Notes: generated by a model not told the origin, from the sequence alone. Counted from the first letter of the stretch, positions 8,279 to 17,009 are shown. The stretch: DNA of 55,453 nucleotides from an uncultured Candidatus Saccharibacteria bacterium (GCA_964637575.1 CAZWVU010000005.1:1-55453); one strand, 5' to 3'. Numbers and translations: made by a program.

Positions 8279-8525
8279 TGGCGGTAGTAGCACCTTCAAT
8301 AAAGCTGCCTCCGGGCAGCTCCCTAGTCAGAATTTCATACAAAACGCGGCTTATTCAGTCATTTCAGTTTTTGAGTTACAGGAAGCGTCAGTAGTTTGTA
8401 TGACCGCCACATTCTCGTAAAGAAAGAGTTAGTGTGAGTAGGATTGTGGCTAGGGAGCTGCTGAGACGGTAGCTGGTTGGGAATCTTCCAATCAAGGATG
8501 ACCATTATTTTATGGAGGCAATCCT
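8279..8525 (+). promoter_or_regulatory. long structured 5' leader (riboswitch or attenuator candidate)
   Basis: Nested stems 8279-8285/8403-8409 and 8336-8343/8395-8402, plus hairpin 8303-8320. Competing 12-bp pairing 8315-8326/8450-8461. AGGATTG 8440-8446 pairs with CAATCCT 8519-8525 next to the SD/ATG. Confidence 0.45.
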
Positions 8526-8723
8526 ATGCCGGTCATCATGTTTATGATCTGGTTCATATACACGGGAATCGTGTACGTAGCACTTGAGCTTTGTACCAGC
8601 CACGACTTCGCCGGACGTTTCGTTGTGCCCATCTCGTGCTTTTCCATCCTCGCCGTCGTCGGCATCTGGTTCGCAGTGGCATCTCTCAAAGGGAAAATGA
8701 AAATCAGCAAGCCCGCTTCATAA
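8526..8723 (+). CDS. small membrane protein (65 aa, two predicted TM helices)
   Basis: GGAGG is 7 nt upstream; hydrophobic segments IMFMIWFIYTGIVYVAL and ISCFSILAVVGIWFAVA; terminator follows. Confidence 0.55.
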   Translation: MPVIMFMIWFIYTGIVYVALELCTSHDFAGRFVVPISCFSILAVVGIWFAVASLKGKMKISKPAS

Positions 8724-8737
8724 GCGGGTTTTTTTAT
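8710..8737 (+). terminator. intrinsic terminator
   Basis: Stem CCCGCTT/AAGCGGG spanning the stop codon, then TTTTTTT. Confidence 0.7.
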
Positions 8738-8764
8738 TTCGGGAACTACATTATATTAGAAGCT

Positions 8765-10477
8765 ATGACGTCCGAGGAGATCCGCAAGAAATTCCTGGAG
8801 TTTTTTAAGAGTAAAGACCACGCTATCGTGCCGTCTTCGTCGTTGGTGCCGGATGATCCGTCGGTGCTACTTACGACCGCCGGCATGCAGCAGTTCAAGA
8901 AGTATTTCACCAGCGAGCTCGCGGCGATCCAGGATTTTCATACGCTGAACGCCGCGTCCGTCCAGAAATGTTTCCGCACCTCGGACATTGAGGAAGTCGG
9001 CGACGAGCGGCACGACACGTTTTTTGAAATGCTCGGCAATTTTTCATTCGGCGGGTATTTCAAGGAAGGGGCGATCCGCTATGCTTATGAATTCGTCACG
9101 CAGGAAATGGATCTGAAAATTGATTACGTAACAGTGTTCGCGGGCGAGAAGGGCGTGCCGGAAGACAAAGAATCTGAAAAGATCTGGCGGTCGCTCGATC
9201 CGGATATCACGGTAAAAAAATTCGGACGAGCCGACAACTTCTGGGGGCCGACGGGAAATGAAGGCCCGTGCGGGCCGACGACAGAAATTTACGTGAATGG
9301 CATTGAGATCTGGAACGTGGTGTTCAATCAGTACTATCAAAAATCCGACGGCACGCTGGAACCGTTGAAAACTCCCGGCATTGACACAGGCATGGGTCTG
9401 GAGCGGCTCGCGATGGTCGTCCAGAAAAAGGACAACATTTTTGAGACCGACCTTTTCGCGCCGCTTATGGAAATCTTGCCGCTGGAGTTGGAGCCGAAAG
9501 CGAAAAGAATTCTTGCCGACCATTTGCGCGCGTCGGTGTTCCTGATCGCCGACGGCGTGCGCCCGTCCAACAAAGAAGCCGGCTACATTCTGCGCCGCCT
9601 GCTCCGCCGGATTATCGCGTATCAGACCATTTACGATATCCATAAAGATCTTCTGGTTGAAGGATGGGAAGCGGTGAAGAATATTTTTGGCGCGCGCTAC
9701 CCGGAAGTGAAAGACCCGCGCGTGCTGGAGGTAATGGAGTCGGAGCGGGACAAATTTGAATTGGCAATCGCGAAGGGGCTAAAAGAAATCAAGAAACATG
9801 ACATCATCGATGCGAAAGCTGCATTCACGCTGTTTGAATCATTTGGCCTGCCCTTCGAGTTGATCAAAGAACTGGCACCGGAGGCATCCAAAGATTTGGA
9901 CAGAAAGGAATTTGATGAATATTTCAGGAAACATCAGGAGCTTTCCCGCGCCGGAGCCGAGAAAAAATTTGGCGGACACGGCCTTCTATTAGATACCGGC
10001 GAACTGAAGGCGAAGGACGAAGAGGAATTGAAGAAAGTGACGCGGTTGCATACTGCCACACATCTGATGCAGGCGGCGCTCCGGAAGGTACTCGGTCCGG
10101 AAGTCCAGCAGAGGGGATCAGATATCACCGCCGAACGGACGCGTTTTGATTTCGCGTTTCCGCGCAAACTTACCCCGGAGGAAGTGAAGAAAGTTGAAAA
10201 TCTAGTCAACGAGGTGGTGCAAAAAGATCTACCAATGCAGTTTGTGCCGATGGCGAAAGCTGATGCCGAGAAGACGGGCGCTCTCTATTTTTTCAAGCAG
10301 AAATATCCGGATCAGGTGAAAGTCTACTACGCCGGCCACTCGCTCGACGATGCGTTTTCCAAAGAATTCTGCGGCGGCCCCCATGTCACGCATACGCTGG
10401 AAGTAGGGAAGTTCAAAATCCTTAAAGAAGAAGCCGTCAGCGCCGGCGTGCGGAGGATTCGCGCTACAGTGGACTAA
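8765..10477 (+). CDS. alaS: alanine--tRNA ligase, compact form (570 aa)
   Basis: Canonical start MTSEEIRKKFLEFFKSKDH; FEMLGNFSFG; editing-site HxxxH (THLMQ) and CGGPHV. The track start 8591 was rejected. Confidence 0.85.
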   Translation: MTSEEIRKKFLEFFKSKDHAIVPSSSLVPDDPSVLLTTAGMQQFKKYFTSELAAIQDFHTLNAASVQKCFRTSDIEEVGDERHDTFFEMLGNFSFGGYFKEGAIRYAYEFVTQEMDLKIDYVTVFAGEKGVPEDKESEKIWRSLDPDITVKKFGRADNFWGPTGNEGPCGPTTEIYVNGIEIWNVVFNQYYQKSDGTLEPLKTPGIDTGMGLERLAMVVQKKDNIFETDLFAPLMEILPLELEPKAKRILADHLRASVFLIADGVRPSNKEAGYILRRLLRRIIAYQTIYDIHKDLLVEGWEAVKNIFGARYPEVKDPRVLEVMESERDKFELAIAKGLKEIKKHDIIDAKAAFTLFESFGLPFELIKELAPEASKDLDRKEFDEYFRKHQELSRAGAEKKFGGHGLLLDTGELKAKDEEELKKVTRLHTATHLMQAALRKVLGPEVQQRGSDITAERTRFDFAFPRKLTPEEVKKVENLVNEVVQKDLPMQFVPMAKADAEKTGALYFFKQKYPDQVKVYYAGHSLDDAFSKEFCGGPHVTHTLEVGKFKILKEEAVSAGVRRIRATVD

Positions 10478-10526
10478 ACGACAGTTTTATCGTATTATCC
10501 CGGCAGGACTTTGAGGGAATGGAGTC

Positions 10527-11048
10527 ATGATAGAACGCATTACCTTCTCGCGCGACATGAGAGGTAACGAGTATTGGGACACGCACACGCTCCGGATCAC
10601 GATTTTTCCCAAGCGAAAGTTTCGGAACGTAATGCTTCTCGGCGTACATTGTCTCGTTTGGTGTGCCGCAGAAGCAGCGCTCCTCTTCCGGCTGACCCGT
10701 GTAACCCTCGATAGTGTGCCAAAGATCAGATTGTTGGCGAGCGTAGTGCTGGCGTTTGTTGCTGCGATCGCGGCCCTGAAATTTTTCTGGTGTATGTGTG
10801 GCCGGGAAGAACTACTGATCAATCGCCGACTCCTTCGTGTCTGTCGCGCGGCCGGGCCGCTGGGCTTCGAACGAGACTTTCTTTTTGACAAAAATTCATC
10901 CGTGGTGCCTGCGCATGTGAAGATGGAAACATGCCGCAAAGGATCCCTCGCGTTCAGCTACGATGGCAGGACGCACCATATTGCAAAAGGATTGGATGTT
11001 GCGGAAGCGCGATATCTTCTCTACGCAATCCAGCAGTGGACTGCCTGA
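10527..11048 (+). CDS. hypothetical membrane protein (two TM helices plus soluble C-terminal domain)
   Basis: Hydrophobic stretches at residues ~35-55 and ~68-90; no catalytic motif recognised. Confidence 0.5.
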   Translation: MIERITFSRDMRGNEYWDTHTLRITIFPKRKFRNVMLLGVHCLVWCAAEAALLFRLTRVTLDSVPKIRLLASVVLAFVAAIAALKFFWCMCGREELLINRRLLRVCRAAGPLGFERDFLFDKNSSVVPAHVKMETCRKGSLAFSYDGRTHHIAKGLDVAEARYLLYAIQQWTA

Positions 11049-11054
11049 AATTGT

Positions 11055-11090
11055 ACCGCCCCGGTTTTTACCGCGGGCGGTTTTCATTTT
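11055..11090 (+). terminator. intrinsic terminator
   Basis: Stem ACCGCCC/GGGCGGT followed by TTTTCATTTT. Confidence 0.6.
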
Positions 11091-11108
11091 CCAAAAAATA
11101 GCGGACGA

Positions 11109-11178
11109 GCCCCTCTTTTCTCGCCAGCATTGCGGAGGGATGTCTGGACCGGAGTCCTGCTGGCGAGAAAAGAGGGGC
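11109..11178. repeat. 21-bp perfect hairpin, possibly a diverged E-family member
   Basis: GCCCCTCTTTTCTCGCCAGCA (11109-11129) is the exact reverse complement of 11158-11178; 28-nt loop. Confidence 0.75.
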
Positions 11179-11205
11179 GAGTATAGTTTGCTATACTTAT
11201 AACAA

Positions 11206-12390
11206 GTGACATGGAGGATTCCCATTAAGCTAACGTCGCTTCTTAAGCCCTTGCTGAAAGGCAAAGACGATAGGTTTTTGGTGCTGGAAATGTATGAACA
11301 CAGCGCCCGGGCTGCTTCCATCCGCGCCGATTTTCTCAAGAAACAGCTCCAGATACTAAACGTGCGGAGCGGTTCCGATCTGAAAACCCTCCTCAAAAAA
11401 TTCGGCCGGCTGACGAAATATAAAATTATCGTCAGTCTGGATTCGCATCTTGCTTCCACCATGTATTCTTCGATCGTCCTTCCGCGCGAGCACCACCAGG
11501 AGCTGATCGACGAACCGGAACTCGACAATCTTATTTCCCAGGCCATCTGGAAATTTTTTGACCGGTCGCGCAATAAAGTTGCGGGAAAGATGGGCGTCGC
11601 CGATCTGGACATCATGCTTACCGATGTGCGCATCCGTGGCATCAAGCTCGACGGACACAAGGTGGTGAATCCAATCGGGTTCAAAGCGCGCACGGTGGAA
11701 GTGCAGTTCAGCCAGACGTTTCTTTCCCGCGGCTTCATCGACAGCATCAAAGAACTCGTGCCGCTCAGCAACGTGGTGCTGATCAGCGAAAACGGCACCG
11801 CCTGGGCGAGCGTGATCGCGAAGGGCGGAGCGGATCAGAAATTCCTTCTCGCGAACCTTTATCCTTCCGCGACCAAAATTTTCTTGGCCGACGGCAGCCA
11901 GAATGCCTTTTACGATCATGTACGCTGGGGCGAAAATCATCTGAAGCAGGCGGTCGGAGACAATCTGGGGGTGGATTCCGAGATCGCCGGGCTGATTATC
12001 GGCCGGTATATGAACGCCGGCACCTCCGAAACCTTCCGCCGCCGCCTGGAAGCGGTGATTATGAAGGAAATGCTCACGCTGGCGCATGCGTTGGAAGTTG
12101 CCTCCAAAAAATCGGATACGCGCCTCATCTATCTGCACCCGTTTTTCCAGGCGCCCAACCTTTTCAGCGCTAATTTCAGAAACCAGTTTGATCGGAGTGT
12201 CCAGCTCCAGCCCCTGACACTTGACTTAATTAGTCAAAAATTTGGGTTTGCGGTAACATGGAAACATAGCGCGGATGCGCAATACATCTTTAGTATGCTG
12301 GCGGCGTTGATCGAGTGGTACCTTTCGCCGCACGATGACAAAATGAGCCAACTCGCGAAGCGGAGAGTGCGGTGGCTGTCACCGGTTTAA
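11206..12390 (+). CDS. hypothetical protein, weak FtsA/PilM-like (actin-fold) resemblance
   Basis: GTG start. The segment VRIRGIKLDGHKVVNPIGFKARTVEVQF resembles the FtsA/PilM pattern 'DG..gv.nPiGm.g..l.v'. This is a by-eye match only. Confidence 0.35.
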   Translation: MTWRIPIKLTSLLKPLLKGKDDRFLVLEMYEHSARAASIRADFLKKQLQILNVRSGSDLKTLLKKFGRLTKYKIIVSLDSHLASTMYSSIVLPREHHQELIDEPELDNLISQAIWKFFDRSRNKVAGKMGVADLDIMLTDVRIRGIKLDGHKVVNPIGFKARTVEVQFSQTFLSRGFIDSIKELVPLSNVVLISENGTAWASVIAKGGADQKFLLANLYPSATKIFLADGSQNAFYDHVRWGENHLKQAVGDNLGVDSEIAGLIIGRYMNAGTSETFRRRLEAVIMKEMLTLAHALEVASKKSDTRLIYLHPFFQAPNLFSANFRNQFDRSVQLQPLTLDLISQKFGFAVTWKHSADAQYIFSMLAALIEWYLSPHDDKMSQLAKRRVRWLSPV

Positions 12391-12432
12391 AACTATAGGT
12401 CTTAAAGGACCTATAGGACTTATAAGTCCTAT

Positions 12433-13986
12433 ATGCAGAAAATTCCCATTCATAAAATTCAGAAGCTGACCGTCAACAAAGGCGACGACGTGGCTTTGGT
12501 GGTGGAAAAAATAATCGACGCCGACGCGAAAGAGGTCGTGCTGAACATTCCGCGTTTTTCGAAGCTCGCCGAATCGCTCTCGAACTTCCATCTCATCAAG
12601 CGGGAGGCCGGTCTCCTGAAGAAAAAGATCATTATTGAATCCGTGGACGACAAGATTATCGAGCTCGCAGGCGTGGCGGGACTGGATTCCTGGAATCCGA
12701 TTCTGTCCCGGACCAAACGTCAGTTTGCCGATATTGTCTCCAACCGGAAGAGCAGGGAAGAGACGGAAGAGAGCAATATCCTGAAACGTAAACTTGTGGA
12801 GTCGGTGCGGGAGCGGCCGATCGCCGGCCAGGGAAAGCGCGCGCGGCGTTCGCGCGTCCGCCGCGCGGTGTGGAGCACCGCCGCGGTGATTGTCGTGGCC
12901 GGTCTGGTATGGCTGGCGGCGGTTACTCTGCCGCGGGCCGACATTACGCTGGCGATGACCAGAACGGACTGGACCTACAATGATGCCGTGGTGGCCCAGA
13001 AGCTTGCCGCGGTGGATCCGAAGGCCGCCACGGTGCCCAGTCAGATTTTTACGGAAAAGCAGACGATGCAGCTGTCCTACCCCGCGAGCGGGAAAAAGTC
13101 CGTCGCCCAGAAGGCGACCGGCCAGGTTACTGTCTATAATGCCTACAGCTCCGATCCCCAGCCGCTGGTGGCGACGACCCGGCTGGTGGCTCCGGACGGA
13201 AAAATTTTCCGGCTGGCGAAAAGCGTGACGGTGCCCGGCGCCAAAATCGTGGAAGGAAGTATTATTCCCTCGACGCTGGCCGTCGACGTAGTAGCTGATC
13301 AGGCGGGCGCCGACTACAACATCGGACCGGTCAGCCACTTCACCATTCCCGGATTCAAGGGATCGCCGAAATATTCCGCATTTTACGCCGAGTCCGGGAG
13401 CCCGATGACGGGTGGCTATGTGGGATTGGTGGCGTATCCCACCGATGCCGACCTTGCGAAAGCGAAATCGGATGTCGCGGCGAAAATGAAAGACGTGATC
13501 CGCCAGAAGATTACGGCTCAGATTCCTGCAGATTTCAAAATCATCGACGGCGCCTCCAGTTTTTCGGTACTCAAACAGAATGTAGTTGCCGAGCCCAGCG
13601 GCGCCGGCATGTTCATGATTGCCACGGACGCCCAGATGACCGCAATCGCGTTCCGCGAAGCGGATGTGCTGAAAATGCTCACTGGCAAGCTGGAGAAGGA
13701 CCGCGGCAGTGATTATGGAATAAGAAACTTCACGTTGACCTACGGGGTGGGGCGGGCGGATTTCACCGGCGGGAAAGTAAGCTTCCCGGTGAATTTCAAG
13801 GCGACGATTGCCCGGAATATCGACGTGGACGCGCTCCGCGAGCAGGTCCGCGGGAAGTCGGAAGCCGACCTGCGCCAGATCGTATACAGCATTCCGTCCA
13901 TCCAGACCATCCACGTCTCCCTTTGGCCGTTCTGGGTACATTCCGTGCCTAAAAATCCCGATAAAATAAGCATCACTGTTGACTAA
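12433..13986 (+). CDS. hypothetical single-pass membrane protein (517 aa)
   Basis: Cytoplasmic N-domain, basic linker, TM AAVIVVAGLVWLAAVTL, large extracytoplasmic beta-rich region. Confidence 0.5.
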   Translation: MQKIPIHKIQKLTVNKGDDVALVVEKIIDADAKEVVLNIPRFSKLAESLSNFHLIKREAGLLKKKIIIESVDDKIIELAGVAGLDSWNPILSRTKRQFADIVSNRKSREETEESNILKRKLVESVRERPIAGQGKRARRSRVRRAVWSTAAVIVVAGLVWLAAVTLPRADITLAMTRTDWTYNDAVVAQKLAAVDPKAATVPSQIFTEKQTMQLSYPASGKKSVAQKATGQVTVYNAYSSDPQPLVATTRLVAPDGKIFRLAKSVTVPGAKIVEGSIIPSTLAVDVVADQAGADYNIGPVSHFTIPGFKGSPKYSAFYAESGSPMTGGYVGLVAYPTDADLAKAKSDVAAKMKDVIRQKITAQIPADFKIIDGASSFSVLKQNVVAEPSGAGMFMIATDAQMTAIAFREADVLKMLTGKLEKDRGSDYGIRNFTLTYGVGRADFTGGKVSFPVNFKATIARNIDVDALREQVRGKSEADLRQIVYSIPSIQTIHVSLWPFWVHSVPKNPDKISITVD

Positions 13987-14017
13987 AAAATGGTGATTTG
14001 CTAAAGTAGGTACTTAC

Positions 14018-14236
14018 ATGGCTGACAAGCAGGAGGTAAAGCGCCTGGAAGGACGTGTAGAGGAAGCATTGCCTGGGACCACGTTTCGCGTAAGCATCGG
14101 TGAGGGAAAGACGATTCTCGCGCACTTGGCCGGAAAAATGCGGCTTCATTATATAAAAATTCTGCCTGGCGACCGCGTAATCGTGGAGATGACTCCCTAC
14201 GATGACGCCCGCGGACGGATCGTGCGAAGACTATAG
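14018..14236 (+). CDS. infA: translation initiation factor IF-1
   Basis: 72 aa; S1-like [16 protein letters not shown]...PYD motif. Confidence 0.9.
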   Translation: MADKQEVKRLEGRVEEALPGTTFRVSIGEGKTILAHLAGKMRLHYIKILPGDRVIVEMTPYDDARGRIVRRL

Positions 14237-14261
14237 TTCGACCAAGCTCACTACTAGCAAC

Positions 14262-14375
14262 ATGAAAGTAAGATCTTCAGTAAAAACGATTTGCATCAAC
14301 TGCAAAACGGTCCGCCGACGCGGTCGCGTGTATGTCGTATGCAAAAATCCGAAACACAAGCAGCGACAGGGGTAA
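14262..14375 (+). CDS. rpmJ: 50S ribosomal protein L36
   Basis: 37 aa [37 protein letters not shown], below the track cutoff, in the canonical infA-rpmJ-rpsM position. Confidence 0.9.
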   Translation: MKVRSSVKTICINCKTVRRRGRVYVVCKNPKHKQRQG

Positions 14376-14397
14376 TCAATAATAAAAATATAGAACC

Positions 14398-14781
14398 ATG
14401 CGTATTTCAGGCATAAATATTCCGGACAATAAGCGAATCGAAATTTCGCTGCGTTATCTTTACGGTGTCGGCGCCACCCTTTCCAAGAAAATTCTGAAAG
14501 AAACCGGTATCGATCCGGACAAGCGGGCGAAAGAACTGACCGCCGACGAGGTTAATAAAATCCAGACGAATATCGAAAAGAATTATAAAGTGGAAGGCGA
14601 GCTCCGCCAGATCATCAAGCAGAACATCGTCCTCATGAAAGACCTCCTGAGCTACCGAGGCATGCGGCATTCCCGCCGTCTTCCGGTCCGGGGCCAGCGC
14701 ACCAAGACCAATTCCCGCACGGTCCGCGGCAATACCCGCAAGACTGCCGGCAGTGGTAAACGCAAGACCGAGCTGAAGTAA
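14398..14781 (+). CDS. rpsM: 30S ribosomal protein S13
   Basis: MRISGINIPDNKRIEISL...YRGMRH; gene order. Confidence 0.9.
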   Translation: MRISGINIPDNKRIEISLRYLYGVGATLSKKILKETGIDPDKRAKELTADEVNKIQTNIEKNYKVEGELRQIIKQNIVLMKDLLSYRGMRHSRRLPVRGQRTKTNSRTVRGNTRKTAGSGKRKTELK

Positions 14782-14789
14782 AGAAATCC

Positions 14790-15239
14790 ATGGCAAAAAA
14801 AGTCATCAACAAAACCGCCGAAGAGGCGACCAAAGGACAGGCCAAGACGGAAACCGCGGCGGCGAAGCCGGCGGAGAAAGCCGTTTCCAAAAAAATCGAG
14901 AACGGCCGGGTATACGTCAACGCTTCCTACAACAACACCCTCATTTCCGTCACTGACGAAAAGGGGAATCTGCTTGCCTGGAGCTCCGCCGGAGCGATGG
15001 GATTTTCCGGACCGAAGAAAGCGACGGCATTCGCCGCCTCCAAAGTAATCGCCACAATCGCGGAAAAGCTGAAAAAGTCCGGTCCGTTCAACGTCGCGGT
15101 GGTGGTCAGCGGCGTCGGCGGCGGCCGGGATTCCGCGATCCGCTCCCTGCCAAACCACGGCTTCAACATCCTTTCCATTAAAGACGTTACCCCAATCCCG
15201 CATAACGGTCCGCGTCCGGCGAAAGTGCGCAGAGTATAA
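14790..15239 (+). CDS. rpsK: 30S ribosomal protein S11 with Lys/Ala-rich N-terminal extension
   Basis: Core GRVYVNASYNNT...PHNGPRPAKVRRV. Confidence 0.9.
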   Translation: MAKKVINKTAEEATKGQAKTETAAAKPAEKAVSKKIENGRVYVNASYNNTLISVTDEKGNLLAWSSAGAMGFSGPKKATAFAASKVIATIAEKLKKSGPFNVAVVVSGVGGGRDSAIRSLPNHGFNILSIKDVTPIPHNGPRPAKVRRV

Positions 15240-15247
15240 TAAAAACT

Positions 15248-15859
15248 ATGTTTGATACCCGAGAAAAAAAGGAACGGTCAGTCGGCACCAAGCTTTTCCT
15301 GAAGCCGCATCGTTGTAATTCGCCGAAATGCGTGACCATGCGCCGCGCCCAGCGTCCCGGCCAGCATGGCAAGTCCTACAAATCTCTTTCCGAATTCGGC
15401 CAGCAGGTGAAAGAAAAGCAGAAGATCCGGTTCACTTACGGCATCCGGGAATCGCAGATGAAATCCCTCGTGAAGAAAGCGATCAAGAACCCGGGGGTTA
15501 CCGGCGAGATGATTATGCAGATGCTGGAGCGCCGGCTGGACAACGTGGTCTTCCGGATGGGCCTGGCTCCTTCCCGATCCGTGGCCCGGCAGATCGTCAA
15601 CCACGGCCACATTCTGGTGAACGACAGGAAGACCAACATCCCATCCTACCAGGTGCGCGTGAATGATCTGATCTCCATACGTCCGCAGTCCCGCGAATAT
15701 CTCCTGTTCAAAGACCTGGCCGAGAAGCTGAAAAAGTACGACGCGCCTCTCTGGATCAAGCTCGAAAGCGACAAGCTCGAAGGGAAGGTGGCGGCGCTTC
15801 CCAAGGAATCGGACAGCTCGTTTGATGTGAACATGGTCGTCGATTATTACAGCAAGTAA
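15248..15859 (+). CDS. rpsD: 30S ribosomal protein S4
   Basis: RLDNVVFRMGLAPSRSVARQIVNHGHILVN (S4 RNA-binding domain). Confidence 0.9.
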   Translation: MFDTREKKERSVGTKLFLKPHRCNSPKCVTMRRAQRPGQHGKSYKSLSEFGQQVKEKQKIRFTYGIRESQMKSLVKKAIKNPGVTGEMIMQMLERRLDNVVFRMGLAPSRSVARQIVNHGHILVNDRKTNIPSYQVRVNDLISIRPQSREYLLFKDLAEKLKKYDAPLWIKLESDKLEGKVAALPKESDSSFDVNMVVDYYSK

Positions 15860-15874
15860 CATAATTATAAACAT

Positions 15875-16651
15875 ATGGAATATCAATATTTAAGCGAGAC
15901 AGTCGGTGTCAAAAAAGTTTCCGAAAACGATCGGGAGGGTGTCTTTGAGGTCGAGGGTTTGTATGCGGGCTACGGTTTGACGATCGGCAATGCGCTGCGC
16001 CGCGTGCTTTTGTCGTCTTTGCCCGGCGCCGCGATTACCCAGTTCAAAATCAAGGGAGTCAACCACGAATTTTCCACCGTTGAGGGAATCAGCGAAGACG
16101 TTGTGGAAATCGGACTCAATTTGAAAAAAATCCGCTTCCGGATTCATACCGACGAACCCCAGGTCCTCACCATCAAAGCGAAAGGCGAGCATGCGATTAC
16201 CGCCGCCGATATCGAAACCAACGCTAACGTGGAATTGATCACGCCGGACATCCACATTGCCACACTTACCGCCAAACATGCTGATCTGGAAATGGAAGTT
16301 ACCGTGGAAAAAGGACTCGGCTATTCTCCGGTGGAGAGCCGCAAGAACGACAAGCTGCCGATCGGCGTCATCGCGCTCGACGCGCTCTTTTCGCCGGTAG
16401 TGAAAGTGAACTTCACCGTGGAAAACATGCGCGTCGGCGAACGGGCCGACTACAACAAGCTCCGCCTGGTCGTGGACACTGACGGCAGCATCACACCTTC
16501 CGCAGCGCTCCGCAAAGCCAGCAACATCCTTCAGGACCACTTCGTGAAGATTTCCGGCGTGGAGGTCAAAGAGGTGGAAGCGGCACCGGCCGTCGAAGAA
16601 GGCGAAGAGAAGCCGAAGAAGCGCGTCGCCAAGAAAAAGAAGGAAGAATAA
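15875..16651 (+). CDS. rpoA: RNA polymerase alpha subunit, N-terminal domain only (258 aa)
   Basis: GNALRRVLLSSLPG and the rest of the NTD are present. The protein ends in the acidic/basic tail EEGEEKPKKRVAKKKKEE with no alpha-CTD. Confidence 0.85.
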   Translation: MEYQYLSETVGVKKVSENDREGVFEVEGLYAGYGLTIGNALRRVLLSSLPGAAITQFKIKGVNHEFSTVEGISEDVVEIGLNLKKIRFRIHTDEPQVLTIKAKGEHAITAADIETNANVELITPDIHIATLTAKHADLEMEVTVEKGLGYSPVESRKNDKLPIGVIALDALFSPVVKVNFTVENMRVGERADYNKLRLVVDTDGSITPSAALRKASNILQDHFVKISGVEVKEVEAAPAVEEGEEKPKKRVAKKKKEE

Positions 16652-16666
16652 AATCCCAGAACCGCT

Positions 16667-17008
16667 ATGGCACATCGTAAATTCCACAGAATGCGCGGCC
16701 AGAGAAAACTTTTTTTCCAGGGCCTCGCCAATAACCTGATAATGCGCGAACGGATCGAAACCACCGTACCGCGCGCGAAAGAGATCCGCCCGATTGTGGA
16801 GCGGATGGTTACGATTGCCAAAAAGCAGCAGTTGCCCGCGTTCCGCAGTCTTCTGGCCAAGCTTCCGAAGCAGGCCGCCGAAAAGCTTTACTTTGAAATC
16901 GCGCCGCGTTATAAAGAACGGCACGGCGGATATCTCCGCATCGTGAAAGAGGCGAAAGCCCGCAAGCGGGATGGCGCGTCGCTGTCTATTATCGAATTTG
17001 TAAAATAA
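16667..17008 (+). CDS. rplQ: 50S ribosomal protein L17
   Basis: MAHRKFHRMRGQRK...GGYLRI; follows rpoA. Confidence 0.9.
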   Translation: MAHRKFHRMRGQRKLFFQGLANNLIMRERIETTVPRAKEIRPIVERMVTIAKKQQLPAFRSLLAKLPKQAAEKLYFEIAPRYKERHGGYLRIVKEAKARKRDGASLSIIEFVK

Positions 17009-17009
17009 T

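Noticed and set aside
8591-8764. N-terminal extensions offered by the ORF track for alaS (8591), mrdA (33715), gatB (52458), dedA (38808) and the 47164/50870/51501 ORFs
   Set aside because: The extensions run through terminators, repeats or the opposite-strand gene, and the conserved protein N-termini begin at internal start codons with proper promoter or SD context.
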